Source of the DNA: Octopus bimaculoides
Lineage: Eukaryota
Direction: 5' to 3'
Length of the DNA: 53,264 nt
NCBI RefSeq assembly: GCF_001194135.2
Contig: NC_068982.1
Span: 136,982,676 to 137,035,939 of the forward strand
Positions within the stretch are counted from its first letter, which is position 1, and each line of letters opens with the position of its first letter. Both the position numbers and the translations under genes were made by a program. Shown here piece after piece: positions 36,006 to 48,829 of this stretch. The notes beneath the pieces were generated by a model. It was not told the origin of the DNA and did no database searches. It worked only from the letters and a program-made list of their open reading frames with translations.

Positions 36006-36556
36006 AGAGCCAGGCTTGTCCGTTGGACACTTTGCAACAAGTATGAACTTGACAGAGCAAAAATTTGGTACAACCACAAACCCGAAGGCAACATCAAAAA
36101 TAAAAATGCAAAGATCCTTTGGGATTTTATGATTCAGTGCGACCATGAGATAAAGAATAGGAAGCTAGACATAGTCTTAACTGAGAAAGAAAACAAACTA
36201 TGCTGAATAATAGATATAACATACCCAACAGACAACAAGGTATGCGATAAGGAAGAAAGAAAAGTCGAGAGATATGACAGGTTAGCTTGAGAAGTTAAGC
36301 AGATGTGGTCGATGAAAAAGGTAGCAGTAGTACCAATAATTGTTGGAGCCCTGGGAACAGTGAGCAAAAATCTCGAGTAGTAAGTGGAACAAATAGGGGC
36401 TGCAATAAGGGTGGAGCACTTGCAGAAAACAGCAATGCTTGGGACTGCTTGAATACTCCGGAAGGTGCTCGAAAAATAAGAGGTGTTACCTTAGTTCACT
36501 GGTAGTGAACAGCTGACACTGTAGTACATCTCCAGTGTTAGAAGTTGTGCAAAGGA
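36006..36556 (+). mobile_element. 5'-truncated R4/Dong-like REL fragment (another subfamily) with an (AAT)n tail
   Basis: ARLVRWTLCNKY..WYNHKPEG..KILWDFMIQCDHEIKNRKLDIVL..IIDITYP..KVERYDRLA..VPIIVGALG..LQKTAMLGTA*ILRKVLEK*, followed by aataataat. Confidence 0.9.
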
Positions 36557-36904
36557 AATAATAATGCTAATAATAATAATAATAATAGTTATAATTATAA
36601 TAATCTGCTTGTCATTGTGTGCATTCCCATGTTACACTTCAAAGGGAATCAACAAGTACCACTTCAAAAGAAATCAGAAAGCAAGAACACTTACCCTTAA
36701 CTATTCCCTATCTGTATTGATTTGTCAACTAATCTTATTGGCTCTAGCCTTTTCAAGCTCAATTTTTACAATTGACTTGCAACAATCGTCTATCATATCA
36801 TTTATTAATCGAATTTATAGTGTGTGTCACTTTGTTTACTAATTAATTATGCATAGCAAATATGAGTGTATGTTGTTATTATTTAGCTCTTGGTAATGGA
36901 GAAA

Positions 36905-37785
36905 AAAGAAAACAGTTTCTAGCCTAGACCCCAAAGCTCCTTCATTGGAATTTCAACATAAACAGTGTGTTTTGCATGATTGTATCTATGTGTGCAAGTA
37001 TGGAATCAGTGCACGTGCAGATCTGTAGGATTTGTTTTATGCATGTAGACTCATATATATATACGTGCATGTCAAGACATCTTCTGTTAAATTTTTGGAA
37101 AGTTCTACATATTTTGACAGTTCCATTGATAATTTGTGTCGGTAGTCTTCTTATTAGCTTTCTTCTATATGGCTTTGAGAGCTCCAATTTCTCAAGATTT
37201 GTGCCGCAACAGTTTATTCCATATCCTTGTGTAGTTATGGCCAATGCCAGTGTTACATAACTGGCACCCGTGCCAGTGGCACGTTAAACGCTCCCACTAC
37301 ACTCTCAGAGTGGTTTGCATTATGGAGGGCATCCAGCCATAGAAACCATGCCGAAATCAGATTGGAACCTGGTGCATTTCCCCAACTTACCAGTTTTCAG
37401 ACAAACCGTCCAACCCATGCCAGCATGGAAAGCAGACGTTAAATGATGATGATAATGATGTGTCATATTAATTACAGGTATAAATATGAACTTGTAATCA
37501 GGGTAGAGTAGCGGAAAAATTCTCAATAGTTCAGTGTACTTTTTTTGTTTTGTTGCTTCTTTTTCCCAGATTTTTAATTTTATGTCGACATCTGTTGGCC
37601 AACAGATTTCCACCTCTGTATATAGCTTCTCTTCTCTGTCACAAATCATTGTCTGATCATATTATGTGTGCATTTTATTGAGTTTTTCACAGAGACATTC
37701 CACCATTACTCTTTCATTTTATGAGTGGCTGTGGTCTCTACCACACTGTAGGTTTTTATATCTTTGGCCTCAGGATTATCTTGTA
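36905..37785 (-). mobile_element. REL-type non-LTR fragment (same lineage as 22810-23251), split by a family B insertion at 37244-37462
   Basis: ORF 37320-37649 (DREEKLYTEVEICWPTDVDIKLKI..LLYPDYKFIFIPVI) continues in ORF 36942-37244 (TNLEKLELSKPYRRKLIRRL..GTVKICRTFQKF). The 3' UTR is shared with the other copy. Confidence 0.85.
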
Positions 37786-38070
37786 AGCATGTATGTATGT
37801 ATGTATGTATGTATGTATGTATGTATGCATGTATATATTATGTATGTATGTATTTATGTATGTATGTATTTATGTATGTATGTATGTATGTATGTATTTA
37901 TGTATGCATGTATGTATGTATGTATTTATGTATGTATGTATCTATATATGTATGTATGTATGCATGTATATGTAAATAAATATATACAAACATATACACA
38001 GATATTTGTATGTGTATGTATATATATAAATATATATATATACATAAATATATATATGTGTGTGTGTGTG

Positions 38071-38132
<62 letters not shown>
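37785..38132. repeat. (TATG)n/(TA)n microsatellite field
   Basis: Read directly from the sequence. Confidence 0.98.
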
Positions 38133-38135
<3 letters not shown>

Positions 38136-38570
38136 TTGTCGTTTAACTTCCATCTTTCATGCATCATCATCGTCATTAACATCCGTTGTCTATGCTGGCA
38201 TAGGTTGGATGGTTTCACCAGGGCTGGTAAGCTGGAAGGCTGCACCAGATTCCAGTCTGATTTGGCATGGTTTCCACAGCTGGATTCCCTTCCAAACATG
38301 CCAACCACTCTGAGAGTGTAATGGGTGCTTTTTATGTGCCACCAGCACGGGTGCCACTTGCATGACACCAGTATCTCCTACAGCTGTGATTTTGCTCGGC
38401 TTGATGGGTCTTCTTCTCAAGCATGGCATAATGCCAAAGGTCTTGGTCATAGCCTCCATGAAACCCAACACTCAAAAGGAACTCAGCCACTTTGCCTCCA
38501 TGAGGCCCAACACTCGAAAGGTGCTCTTTACATGCCACCAGCATGGGTGCCAATTACATGACACCAGCAT
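38132..38570 (-). mobile_element. Family B variant
   Basis: Reverse complement of the family B 3' core. Confidence 0.8.
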
Positions 38571-39227
38571 GTAAATATATGCATCTGTACATATATCTGT
38601 TATTGTCTATATTATATATTCATTATTATATCTCTTACATGTATGTATGTATGTGTATATGTATATGTATATAAACAAATGTATGTATATATAAATGCAC
38701 ATATACGTATATATATACACGCATATGTATACAAACATACACACATACATACATACACACATAAATACATACATACATATATATATACATACATGCATAT
38801 ATACATTTATATGAAATAAAGTAGAACCTAGCAAACTTAGAAATGTAATAACTACACAAACGTAGCTAACTGAAAGTGATACATGAAATCATGAACTGAA
38901 GTCTTTGAACTTCACAAATATTCTGCTATCTGTAATATAGAATCTTTATTACTTCGGTAATCTGCTACATTAGCATGTGTGAAAGTCTGGGGGAAAAGTG
39001 TGAAAGTGAGTTTCGAAAGCCTAAGTCACAATGAATGGAGAAGTGGTGGAAAGCTAGCTCGGGGGAATATCTGATGGTTTTATTTGAAATTCAAATAACT
39101 AAATAAGGAGTTTCCAGCTTAATTATTATGGCTCAAGATGTTCAATCAGTCAGCATAGCTCAGAGTGAGCTGACAAGTGCCATGGTAACAAGGAAATGAT
39201 ATCTATCTTCATTATCTTTCATACAGT

Positions 39228-39400
39228 TAAGTCGGTGAGCTGGTAGAATCATTATTGCACTAAATAAAATGCTCAGCAGCCACTGAGGTCGTCTTAGCTT
39301 GTCATCGTTTTGGGGATCTATAAAATAAGTACCAGTTGAGCCCTAAGACTGATGATTTACCACCTCACTGGAAATTGCTGGTTTTGTGACAGAATTTGAA
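39228..39400 (+). mobile_element. SINE family C, diverged
   Basis: gtcggtgagctggtagaatc head and ataaaataagtaccag core. Confidence 0.6.
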
Positions 39401-39579
39401 ACCTTTGTCTTTCAAATGGTTCAGTGCCACTCTGAAACCACATTGGATTGGAGAAGCACCATTGAATACCCAGTCCCAAAATACATTGAATGCTTGGTCT
39501 TTTCAATGCATGATTATACTGAATGATTTTCTCATCCCCATCACTCAATCCACAGGATGACTTGACAGCTGCACTTTAA

Positions 39580-39800
39580 CCTTTTCGTTACTGTATTTAT
39601 TTTGAGATGCTCTGTGTTTCTTTCAATTACTTTAAATATAACAACGAATTTAGTAAAATAACTTAGTTATCATTCAGCCACTGTTAGGAACATAAATTGT
39701 GACTAAGGTTTAGTGGAAGATTTTAATTCAAAACTTATGAAAACAAGACATTTGTACTACAGAGCCAGAGCTGGTTTCAGCCAGGTTAGTAACAAAAAGG
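39580..39800. mobile_element. piggyBac-type MITE with TTAA TSD
   Basis: TTAA|ccttttcgttac...gtaacaaaaagg|TTAA (11/12 TIR match); second copy at 19736-19949. Confidence 0.9.
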
Positions 39801-41278
39801 TTAAAGCTAATGAAATAACCATCAATACCATTTTGAAAATAGCAATGAATTATTCTACTCAGTGATACTTAGGAATTAAATTAATTTAAGAAACGAAAGA
39901 TGAGTTAAGCTTTACAATAGGTTCTGTCAATTGATTGGGTATAGTTTTCTTGTGAATGGTGAAATGGTTGTATAACATTTTTGTTCATTTCTCATTAATC
40001 TGCAAAGAACTGTTTAATCAATTCTGTGTACTTTGATATGCAACAGTTAAATGCTAAAGATTGTTCATCAATATTGCATGTTGTGTATTGCACTAACAGC
40101 CTTAGAATTTTCCATATATTGGATATTGTGAATTGTGGCCTTTGAAAAAAGAAAACATTATGTTTACAATCCATGATACAAGCAATTCAGCATTGAGCCA
40201 ATGCACCAAGATACTCTTAACAAAATCAAATAGACCTCCTGGCAATAAGCAATATATCAGAAAATCAAGTTGACTTTGTGATTCACATATGAAACCAACA
40301 TTTGAATATGAAGTCATATGCTGAACTTATAGAATTCTGGTATGATTCTCTGCTTCCTGATATGATTCTGCTAAGCCAGACTGTTAACAATGAACTACAT
40401 AAATTGGAGTAGCTATGTTACTAATACATCTGTAGGCATTGGGATTTTTTTTAATGACTGAGATATGTATGTCGTTAAGTAAGGTGCAAAGCTCAGTTAG
40501 TTTCACAATAAACCAACAAATATACAACAACAAATCTATTGAAGGAACAAACAATGTCTTTTTCATTCAATTTATCAAATAAACTTCGCACACACACACT
40601 TATACATACATACAACTGTGGGCATAAACATATAGAGACAAGCAAGAACAGCATTCAATTTCTCCTCCTCTAAAACACGAAGAATATTTCTATTTGTCAA
40701 GTATTCATTTTATGGACAAATTAGTTTATATTCAGCTTCTTATTTTAACATCGACTTTTGTTTCAGTATCAGCTTCCTAATAGACCTTTTTTTAGACAAC
40801 TTGATAGCAATCTTTTGTCTATCAATTTAAATATTTAGGCTTCCAGCATCTATAACAAATAAACAAGGGATTTTTTTCACTGACTGATAAAATCTGTCTT
40901 TTGCTTCTTTACTAATTATGTACAAGTCATGTGCACTTCTACACACTCACACAAAAATTGACGCACGTGCACAAACATAGACGCATGCATACACACACAC
41001 TATCTAGCTACATATATATGCATAGACAGGGGAATTCTTCAGGACATTTACTATTAAATGCATACAAAATTTTTATTTCACATTTTGTCACAATTTTGCT
41101 TTGGTAAATTTTTAATAGTATCTCTGCTAATGTATTGTGAATAGATTTTGCAAAACACACACATATATATAGCTGGTCTTAAAAGTCATCTGAAGACTCG
41201 TCAATGGAATGATTCTGCTGTGTGATGGGGTGTGGTGAGTGCGTTGATGGGATGGCTATCATCTGCCAGGATGAAGCA

Positions 41279-41347
<69 letters not shown>

Positions 41348-41461
41348 TGTTTAACATGTTTCCCAGGCTAGCAGGGTTAGACAGTTTGACAGGAGCTACT
41401 TCCCCAGGGAGCTGTCCAGACTCCAATTGTCTGTTGTGACATGGTTTATAAATATTTATAT

Positions 41462-41494
<33 letters not shown>

Positions 41495-41523
41495 TCTGTG
41501 TGTGTGTGTGTGTGTGTCTGTGT

Positions 41524-41559
<36 letters not shown>

Positions 41560-42049
41560 ATTCAGAGAATCATGCAACTATCACAGTAAGCTCCCCATAT
41601 GGAACTGGCTATCAGTCTACAGATTAATCAATTACAATGTAAAGTAATGTAATGTATCCATGCAACTGAAAATCCAGAAATCGGAGTGATAAACTTTTCA
41701 GCAACAAGTAAGCAATGCATGAAGTCAAGAGCCAATTTTCTAAAGCTATTTTCATAGTTATTCTCCTGTGTTTGAGGCTTTCTTAATTTCTAAAAACATG
41801 TCATCCATTCAACACTTCAATTTTTTGTTCATAAAAATGTACTCAGATTTCAAAAAGCTATTATTGAGCATTATAAAGGACAGTATATGTTGTCAGGAAT
41901 CATTTAACTCAATAGTACAAAGTGCTCAACCAGAATTTGCAAGGTATGAAGTTTGATTCTCTGTAGCACATTTTTTTTTTCTTATATATAGGGGCATTTT
42001 ACCTGATTTTCTAAAGCTGTTTCCACAGCTGTTCTCTTAGGATCCCCTT

Positions 42050-42321
42050 CAATCCCATGGCATTTGAGGGAGTCTATTTTTCATACATTCCTGACGTTTA
42101 ATGTACCTGCACATCTGCCACATGTAAAGACTACTTTCTCAGTTAGTCTTCCAGTGGTACCATTACACCTCTTATGTGTCCATAGCTTGCACTGAGTACA
42201 CCGTATGGAGTTTCTCCTGACACCTTTTTTTACATACTGAGTAGGGCCATCTCCCTGAAAGGATCTGTGATTTGTCTGTTTTCCTATTTATCAAGACTTT
42301 AGTCTTTGTTAAATTAACTAG
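42050..42321 (-). mobile_element. RTE-clade LINE fragment with a PHD-like Cys/His insert
   Basis: LVNLTKTKVL..GRWPYSVCKK, then after a frameshift GVRRNSIRCTQCKLWTHKRCNG..FTCGRC. Confidence 0.8.
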
Positions 42322-42997
42322 TAAGAGATAAATAATATTTGATAAATATGTGTGATTTTTATGTGATTTTTATGTACTATTAGTTTCATGTAATGAAAGC
42401 ATCTCAAACAGTATTTTTTAACAGGTCTGGTGGCTTATTGCAATCTTCAGGCAATAATCACATGACATAGCAAGCTAAAAATAGGACAATAGGATGAGAA
42501 AAAAAATTGGAAACGATGAGAAAGAAGTAGATATAAAAGGTGGAAGATTGTAAAACCAGAAAATGGGAAAAAAATCGTAAAGAAGCAAAAAGGGAAGGAT
42601 TATAGATATGTCCCCTTCAACCATAAACTAAATATAAGGCCTATTTATATATCCAGACACAGTGAGGCTGTTAACTTCCTGTCCAGCCATGCCGTCAAAG
42701 AAATTTCCCTTTCTGATAGAATTGTTGTTGCTAAGGAACTGATATTTTCTGACAATATTCTTTTACAACACCATGTGACCTGCCTTGACCACTAACAACC
42801 TAGCTTCCGGTATTCATCTTGGATTCCCCGTACCTCTTCATTCAACAATCCAATATAAAGATAGGCTTCTTTATCTTGGTCTTATTTTATTCAAATGTAG
42901 CCCGTTGACTGCTTCGCCCTTCAGCATCCTCCCCCAACCGATTTCTTTTATACTTATGTGATAATGTGTAGTCTTGTATTGTATCAATATATATATA

Positions 42998-43139
42998 TAT
43001 GGCATTAGGAAGGGCATCCAACTGTAGAAACTCCACCAGATCTGATTGAAGCCTGGTGCAACCATCCAGTTCAACAGTCCTCAGTCAAATCGTCCAACCC
43101 ATGCTCACATAGAAAGCGGATGTTAAACCATGATGATGA

Positions 43140-43204
<65 letters not shown>

Positions 43205-43483
43205 AATAACTGGCTTGTCAGTGCCGCTGGACTGGCTCCTGTGCAGGTAGCACATAAAATGCACCATTTGAGCATGCCTGACTGGCCCTCATGCCAGTGG
43301 CACATGAAAGCACCCACTACACTCTTGGAGTGGTTAGCGTTAGGAAGGGCATCCAGCTGTAGAAACTCTGCCAGATCAGATTGGAGCCTGGTGCAGCCTT
43401 CTGGCTCGCCAGCCCTCAGTCAAACCATCCAACCTATGCCAGCATGGAAAGCGGACATTAAACGACAATGATGTTGGTGATGA
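42998..43483 (+). mobile_element. Two family B 3' segments separated by (GAT)n(TA)n
   Basis: 42998-43143 and 43207-43483 both carry the family B core. Confidence 0.88.
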
Positions 43484-44662
43484 TATATGCATATGTGTAT
43501 ACATACATATATATATATATATANNNNNNNNNNNNNNNNNNNNNNNNNNNNNNNNNNNNNNNNNNNNNNNNNNNNNNNNNNNNNNNNNNNNNNNNNNNNN
43601 NNNNNNTATATATATGCATATACATATAAACATATAGACACACAAAAACACACACACATATATAGACACTCATACATGTATGCAACTGTACCTATATATA
43701 TATATATATATAAAATACTTATTTACACACACACATACAAACACACAAGCACAAAAGCACTCACACGTTTTTACTAATAATGTTTGCTCTTATGCCATAG
43801 AAACTTTCAGCTTTCTGAAAATCATGCAATTTGAATTCCCTTAACCTTATCACATCATCTTCTGTGTGTTTTAGTTCTATGTAAGTATCCCTTAAATTCA
43901 GTTGTGTTTGTACTTGTGAGAGCTGCATGAGAATAGCTCTGCATACAATGATGGCAGCTCAATCAACATCTCTCATTGTTTACCAAGCAAAACCCTTCAG
44001 ACACAGCAAGTTAGCTTCTAGCTTTGGAATTATAAGTTGCATAGCCAACAGAATTTGTCTGTTTGCATGTCAGGCAATATTCCAAAAATGGAAACAAGAG
44101 ATGACACATACAGATATTGTAATTCAGTCCCATATTTTTGTTTTGTTTGTATGTTTTTGTTTTTATTTATTTAATATCTTTTTATCAGATTTACACGAAA
44201 CTATGTTAAATAATATTTTACCCAATTCATTTTCCTGCATCTGTAAACTTCTTCATCTATCATTCCTAAAAATAAAACTAGTGAAACAAGTCTCTATACT
44301 ACTGTTTAACCATCTAGAAAAAAGAGCTAAATCTTTCTTAAATCATACCCTAACATTTTTAAAAGGTAGAAGGACACCTTTGAGATAGAAAATGACATAG
44401 TGGTCAAAACTACAATTTTTTTTTTTCATCTATTTTAAAGACTTCAGTTCTTAAAGATTCGTAACATCTTTTTGTTGTTAATATCTTCAAGTGATCTGGC
44501 AGTATCATTTGTGTATCAGACATTTCTTCCAGCTCTCTATGTTCTGATCTCAAATCCTGCCCAAGTCAACTTTGTCTTTTATCCTTTAGCGGGCTGATAA
44601 AATAAAACTTGAGTCAAATACTAGGATTGTTGCAATGGACTTCCTGCCTCATCATTATCATC

Positions 44663-45020
44663 ATCATCATTTAACGTCCTCCTTCCATGCTAGCATGGGT
44701 TGGACGATTTGACTGAGGACTGGTGAACCAGAAGGCTGCACCAGGCTCCAATATGATCATTTCTCTCAAAAGGCAGTGATTTGACAGATTCTTATGAGTA
44801 TCAAACAAATGCTTTGCCATATTTACTTCAGTTTTAAAGTGGCCAGCTGGCAGAACCATTAGCATGTCGAGCAAAATGCTTAGTAGCATTTCGTCCAGTT
44901 TTATGTTCTGAGTTCAAATTCCACTGCGATCAACTTTGCCTCTCATCCATTTTGGGTCAATATTGTTGACTTACCCTCTCCCCTGAAATTGCTGGCCTTG
45001 TGGTAAAATTTGAAATCATT
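44663..45020. mobile_element. Family B 3' end (-, 44663-44755) and SINE family C (+, 44842-45020)
   Basis: Matches to the family cores. Confidence 0.75.
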
Positions 45021-45184
45021 ATTTATCCCAGCTCTTTGAATCTTGATTTCAGTTCCTGCCAAGGTCAACCTTTTTCGTCTTAGTAGTTGCTAAGAATTGG
45101 GATTGACTGAGTCAACTAACTCCTCCACTCATCAAAATTGTGAGCCTTGTTTGCACAAATGATGTTGGCATCAATTTTAAAATC

Positions 45185-45530
45185 CACCCAAGACTTGGCC
45201 CCCGTGGTATCTGCCCGCTTCAAAAATTGAACTCGGTACACATAACAACATTATGCCACAACTACTTTACCTCAACCGGTTCAGCTTTTTTAAAACCATA
45301 CTAAAATACATCAAAATAGAAACAGATCCCATAAAATTCAAAAGTTCACGGGGCAAATTTCTTGAAACAATCCCGGACCAACCTCCTACACCCAGATATG
45401 TCTCCAACAATAATAACTCTTTGCTAGAGTGGGCCATGGTGCCCCATATATGACTAAAAGACTTCACCAGGTAGTGCTATTAAGTTAGACAACGACTGAG
45501 CCTATACTGGCCGAAAGTTATCAAAGTTAA
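45185..45530 (+). mobile_element. CR1-clade LINE 3' fragment
   Basis: TLCHNYFTSTGSAF, then after a frameshift KTILKYIKIETDPIKFKSSRGKFLETIPDQPPTPRYVSNNNNSLLEW, resembling the CR1 ORF2 C-terminus (FLxxIPDQP..PGY..NSL). Short tatcaaagt/taagt tail. Confidence 0.75.
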
Positions 45531-46569
45531 GTTATTAATAATTTCTTCCAAAAATAGTTGTTATTTTCATAAAATTGCCAGAAAAACTACATCTGTGTAG
45601 AAATGTTCAATGAAGTCAGAAGATATCAAACCAAAAAGATATAATCTGCACAATTTAGTTCTGGCCCAGGGTTAAATGACATCGACATTGAAACGTATGA
45701 GAAAGTATTTTAATGCAGAAAGTAGAATACATATTGATAAATAAAATACATAAACGTATGAGTAAAAGCATTTTAAGGATTCAAGATGTTAACAGAATGT
45801 ACATGTAATCTCTCTCTCTCCCTCCTTCTCTCTCCCCCTCTCTCTCTTTCTCATACTTTAGAATCTTTGTAAAGGAGTTTTTAACTCAAAATATCAAGCC
45901 TATTAAAATATTTCAAAGATAATATTCCAGTACCTTTGTCCATCATTTCTTTTCTTTTGTATATAACAATGATCGTCAACAAAAATATATAAGTTTTAAT
46001 GGTTGCATTAAAGAAAAACATACGGGTTTGATATTATATAAAGTTTGTACCTAACCGCTTTTATTAGTAGAAAAATGGAAACATTGGATTGACAGAATTA
46101 TTAGGGTGCCTCATAAAACTGCCTTGATATATTTGTTCTGCCTTTATATTCCAAGTCCAAATATCTGCCATGTCAAATTTGCATTTCCTCATTCTGGGGA
46201 CCATGTAATTGACAAACCACTTCCCCAAAAATTTCAGACTTTGTGCCTATGTTAAAAACGATTATTAGGAAAAATGGTAACTATTTGGATGGAGGGAGAT
46301 GGATAAGTAGAAAGGACTAAATACTTTTAAATATTAAAGTCTCTTAAGGTATCAAGCTAGCAGAATCATTAGCATGCCAGGTAAAACAGCAAGAACGCAT
46401 AGAAAAAAAAAACAGGAACTGCACCAAGTGGCATGCTTTAGGATGCCTGGAAAACACAATATAAATAGGGAGGAAACCAATAGCAAGTCCAGTTTTAGTA
46501 ACAATAGAAAAAAACATCAATGTGTGAAGTGAGGGTCTAAGGTGGTAACGCTGGGAGAATTGTCACTAT

Positions 46570-46740
46570 TTAGCAGCATTTCTTCCAGATTTGCATTCTG
46601 AGTTCAAATGCTGTTGAGGTCAACTTTGCTTTTCATCTTCTCAGGGTCGATAAAATAAGTACCATTTGAACACTGAGATCAATGTAATCGATTTACTCTT
46701 TTCTCAAAATTGCTGGCCTTGTGCCAAAATTTCAAACAAA
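46570..46740 (+). mobile_element. SINE family C
   Basis: gttcaaatgctg..gaggtcaactttgc...cagggtcgataaaataagtacc. Confidence 0.75.
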
Positions 46741-46935
46741 CATGAATTTTGCATGAAGATTGACAAAGATATGACGGTGCAAAATTTTGAAGGCAAAATA
46801 GCACAAAAACAAGCCTGCAGATAAAATTTCACCTTAGAAGTTCTTGATATAAAAATAGATGCACTAGTAGCAGGGTGGATGGATGAGTAGATGTGTAGAT
46901 GGATGGACGCTGTATTTGATGAACAAATACATTAC

Positions 46936-47147
46936 ATCAAAAGTAGATGACTGCTGCTGTGTGTATTCTTGATCAATAACTCTGTTTACATTGCTCCAAA
47001 TACTACAGATGACACCACTAGCCACTGTAAACAGTAAATGCACTGTGGATTCAATGATTTGTGATGATAAAATGCTTAATTCAGTTTGTCTTTGAAGAGA
47101 AGCTGCTAGTGACACGCATCCTATTATCGATAAGAGACTTGCTTCTT
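46936..47147 (-). CDS. Candidate internal exon of an unidentified host gene
   Basis: tctttgtcaatttag|AA plus 70 open codons (EEASLLSIIGCVSLAASLQRQTEL...QQQSSTFD)|gtaatg, in unique, non-low-complexity sequence. No homology recognised. Confidence 0.2.
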
Positions 47148-47600
47148 CTAAATTGACAAAGATATTATATTACAATATTTTGGTTTATAATAATAATGGG
47201 TTTTCAATTCAAAGAGAATATATTTATTTTGGAGAAGAAAGAAGACAAAAATCTCAAAAGTGAAAGGTTAACAAATATACACAAATATCAAAGGTAATGT
47301 TCTCAGTCCAAGCTAATTACCAGAACATTATTGTTATGGAAGAAAATAAAATAAAATCAAAGCATTGTGCTGAGGTACCACCTAAAGTCGACTCCTCTTC
47401 CTCTGAAGGCATATTTATTACTATTATTACTGTTTACGCTTTTCTACAATAACCAATCATGTTTGTGTCACTTTGGCCTTCTCCTATTGATATTTATTTA
47501 CTGATCACAGGATAATAATGATAATATTTCAACTATAACAGAATTCAGACTCAGAAAGTGATCCACCAAAATACTTTTTTGTTTGTTGTTAAACAGGGGT

Positions 47601-47636
47601 CCATGGAAAGCGGACGTTAAACGACGATGATGATGC
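47601..47636 (+). mobile_element. 36-nt extreme 3' end of family B with a 17-bp TSD
   Basis: tgttgttaaacaggggt at 47584-47600 and 47637-47653 flanks ccatggaaagcggacgttaaacgacgatgatgatgc. Confidence 0.93.
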
Positions 47637-47744
47637 TGTTGTTAAACAGGGGTGTTTTCTTTTTTTTTTTTTCTGGTATTTTCCAGTAAGCTTCCTTTTT
47701 ATACTTTGCAAAAAATTAGCAGTTTCTAATGTAGAGACAAAAGT

Positions 47745-48300
47745 CCTGCTGTTTTGAGGGTCGGCATTAGTTGATCCATCAACCCCAGTACTTAGCTGGT
47801 AATTAGCTTCAGTCAGCCTCAAAAGGATGAAAGGCAAAATTGATCTTGGTGTGATTTGAAATCAGAACATAATGAGCTAAAAGAAATACCACAAAGCAAC
47901 TTTCCAATGCTCAAATGAAACATACTGCCATCTTTACAAAGAAATAACAACCTCAATATTCATCTCTAAGATACAAAATTTAACATCCAATATTCTTTTC
48001 CTCAATATTGGAGTGGCTGTGTGGTAAGTAGCTTGCTTACCAACCACATGGTTCCGGGTTCAGTCCCACTGCGTAGCAACTTGGGCAAGTGTCTTCTACT
48101 ATAGCCTCGGGCCAACCAAAGCCTTGTGAGTGGATTTGGTAGACGGAAACTGAAAGTAGCCTGTCGTATATATGTATATGTATATGTATATATATAAGCA
48201 TGTTTGTGTGTCTGTGTTTGTCCCCAGGCTCCAATCTGATTTGGTAGACTTTCTACAGCTGGATGCCCTTCCTAATGCCAACCACTACGAGAGTGTAGTA
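47745..48300. mobile_element. SINE C(-) 47745-47930, SINE A(+) 48010-48226, family B(-) 48224-48300
   Basis: Matches to the family cores. Confidence 0.78.
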
Positions 48301-48829
48301 CAGATCTTATTATTGTTTAAACAGGTTTTATTATTGTTTAAACTGTGTTGGTCTTTTACAAATAAAAAACAGTAATAATTACATACTGGGAGAGATATAC
48401 TGCTTGGAGTTTAAGGCAAGCTTACCGGTGCAGCAACATGTGGCAGGCCAGACATTAGCTTGAAACAATTGTGTTATATTCCTGGTGGTGGAGATTCCTG
48501 TCATTTATCTGCCATCTATTTTAACCGTTTTCCTGGGTCATCTGGTTGTGGCAAGAATGCAGACACATCACACAGTTACCTCAACATTTTGCATTGCAAG
48601 TAGTAAGACATGTGAATGAGTCAGCTGCTCTCAACACTCTGCCAAGGGTGTAGGTACCAAAGGCAACATTCTTATAGGGTACAGGCAGAAGATTCTAGAA
48701 GGCTGAATCATGCAATGGCTTGACACTGATGAGTTGCTTAAAAGGGATCTCTTATATCACAATACTACACAGTGGCTGTGTGAGCTACGAAATCCTCATT
48801 GCCACTGTTATATTCTACGTGACAAACAA

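Noticed and set aside
43927-44388. 153-aa plus-strand ORF in unique DNA
   Set aside because: Composition (Phe/Leu/Ile/Lys-rich) follows AT-rich non-coding sequence, with no recognisable motif.
48726-48792. Hammerhead-like CTGATGA-[gttgctta...tgagctac]-GAAA
   Set aside because: Stem II can pair, but no NUH site with compatible stems I and III exists outside the ~40-nt loop. Treated as chance.
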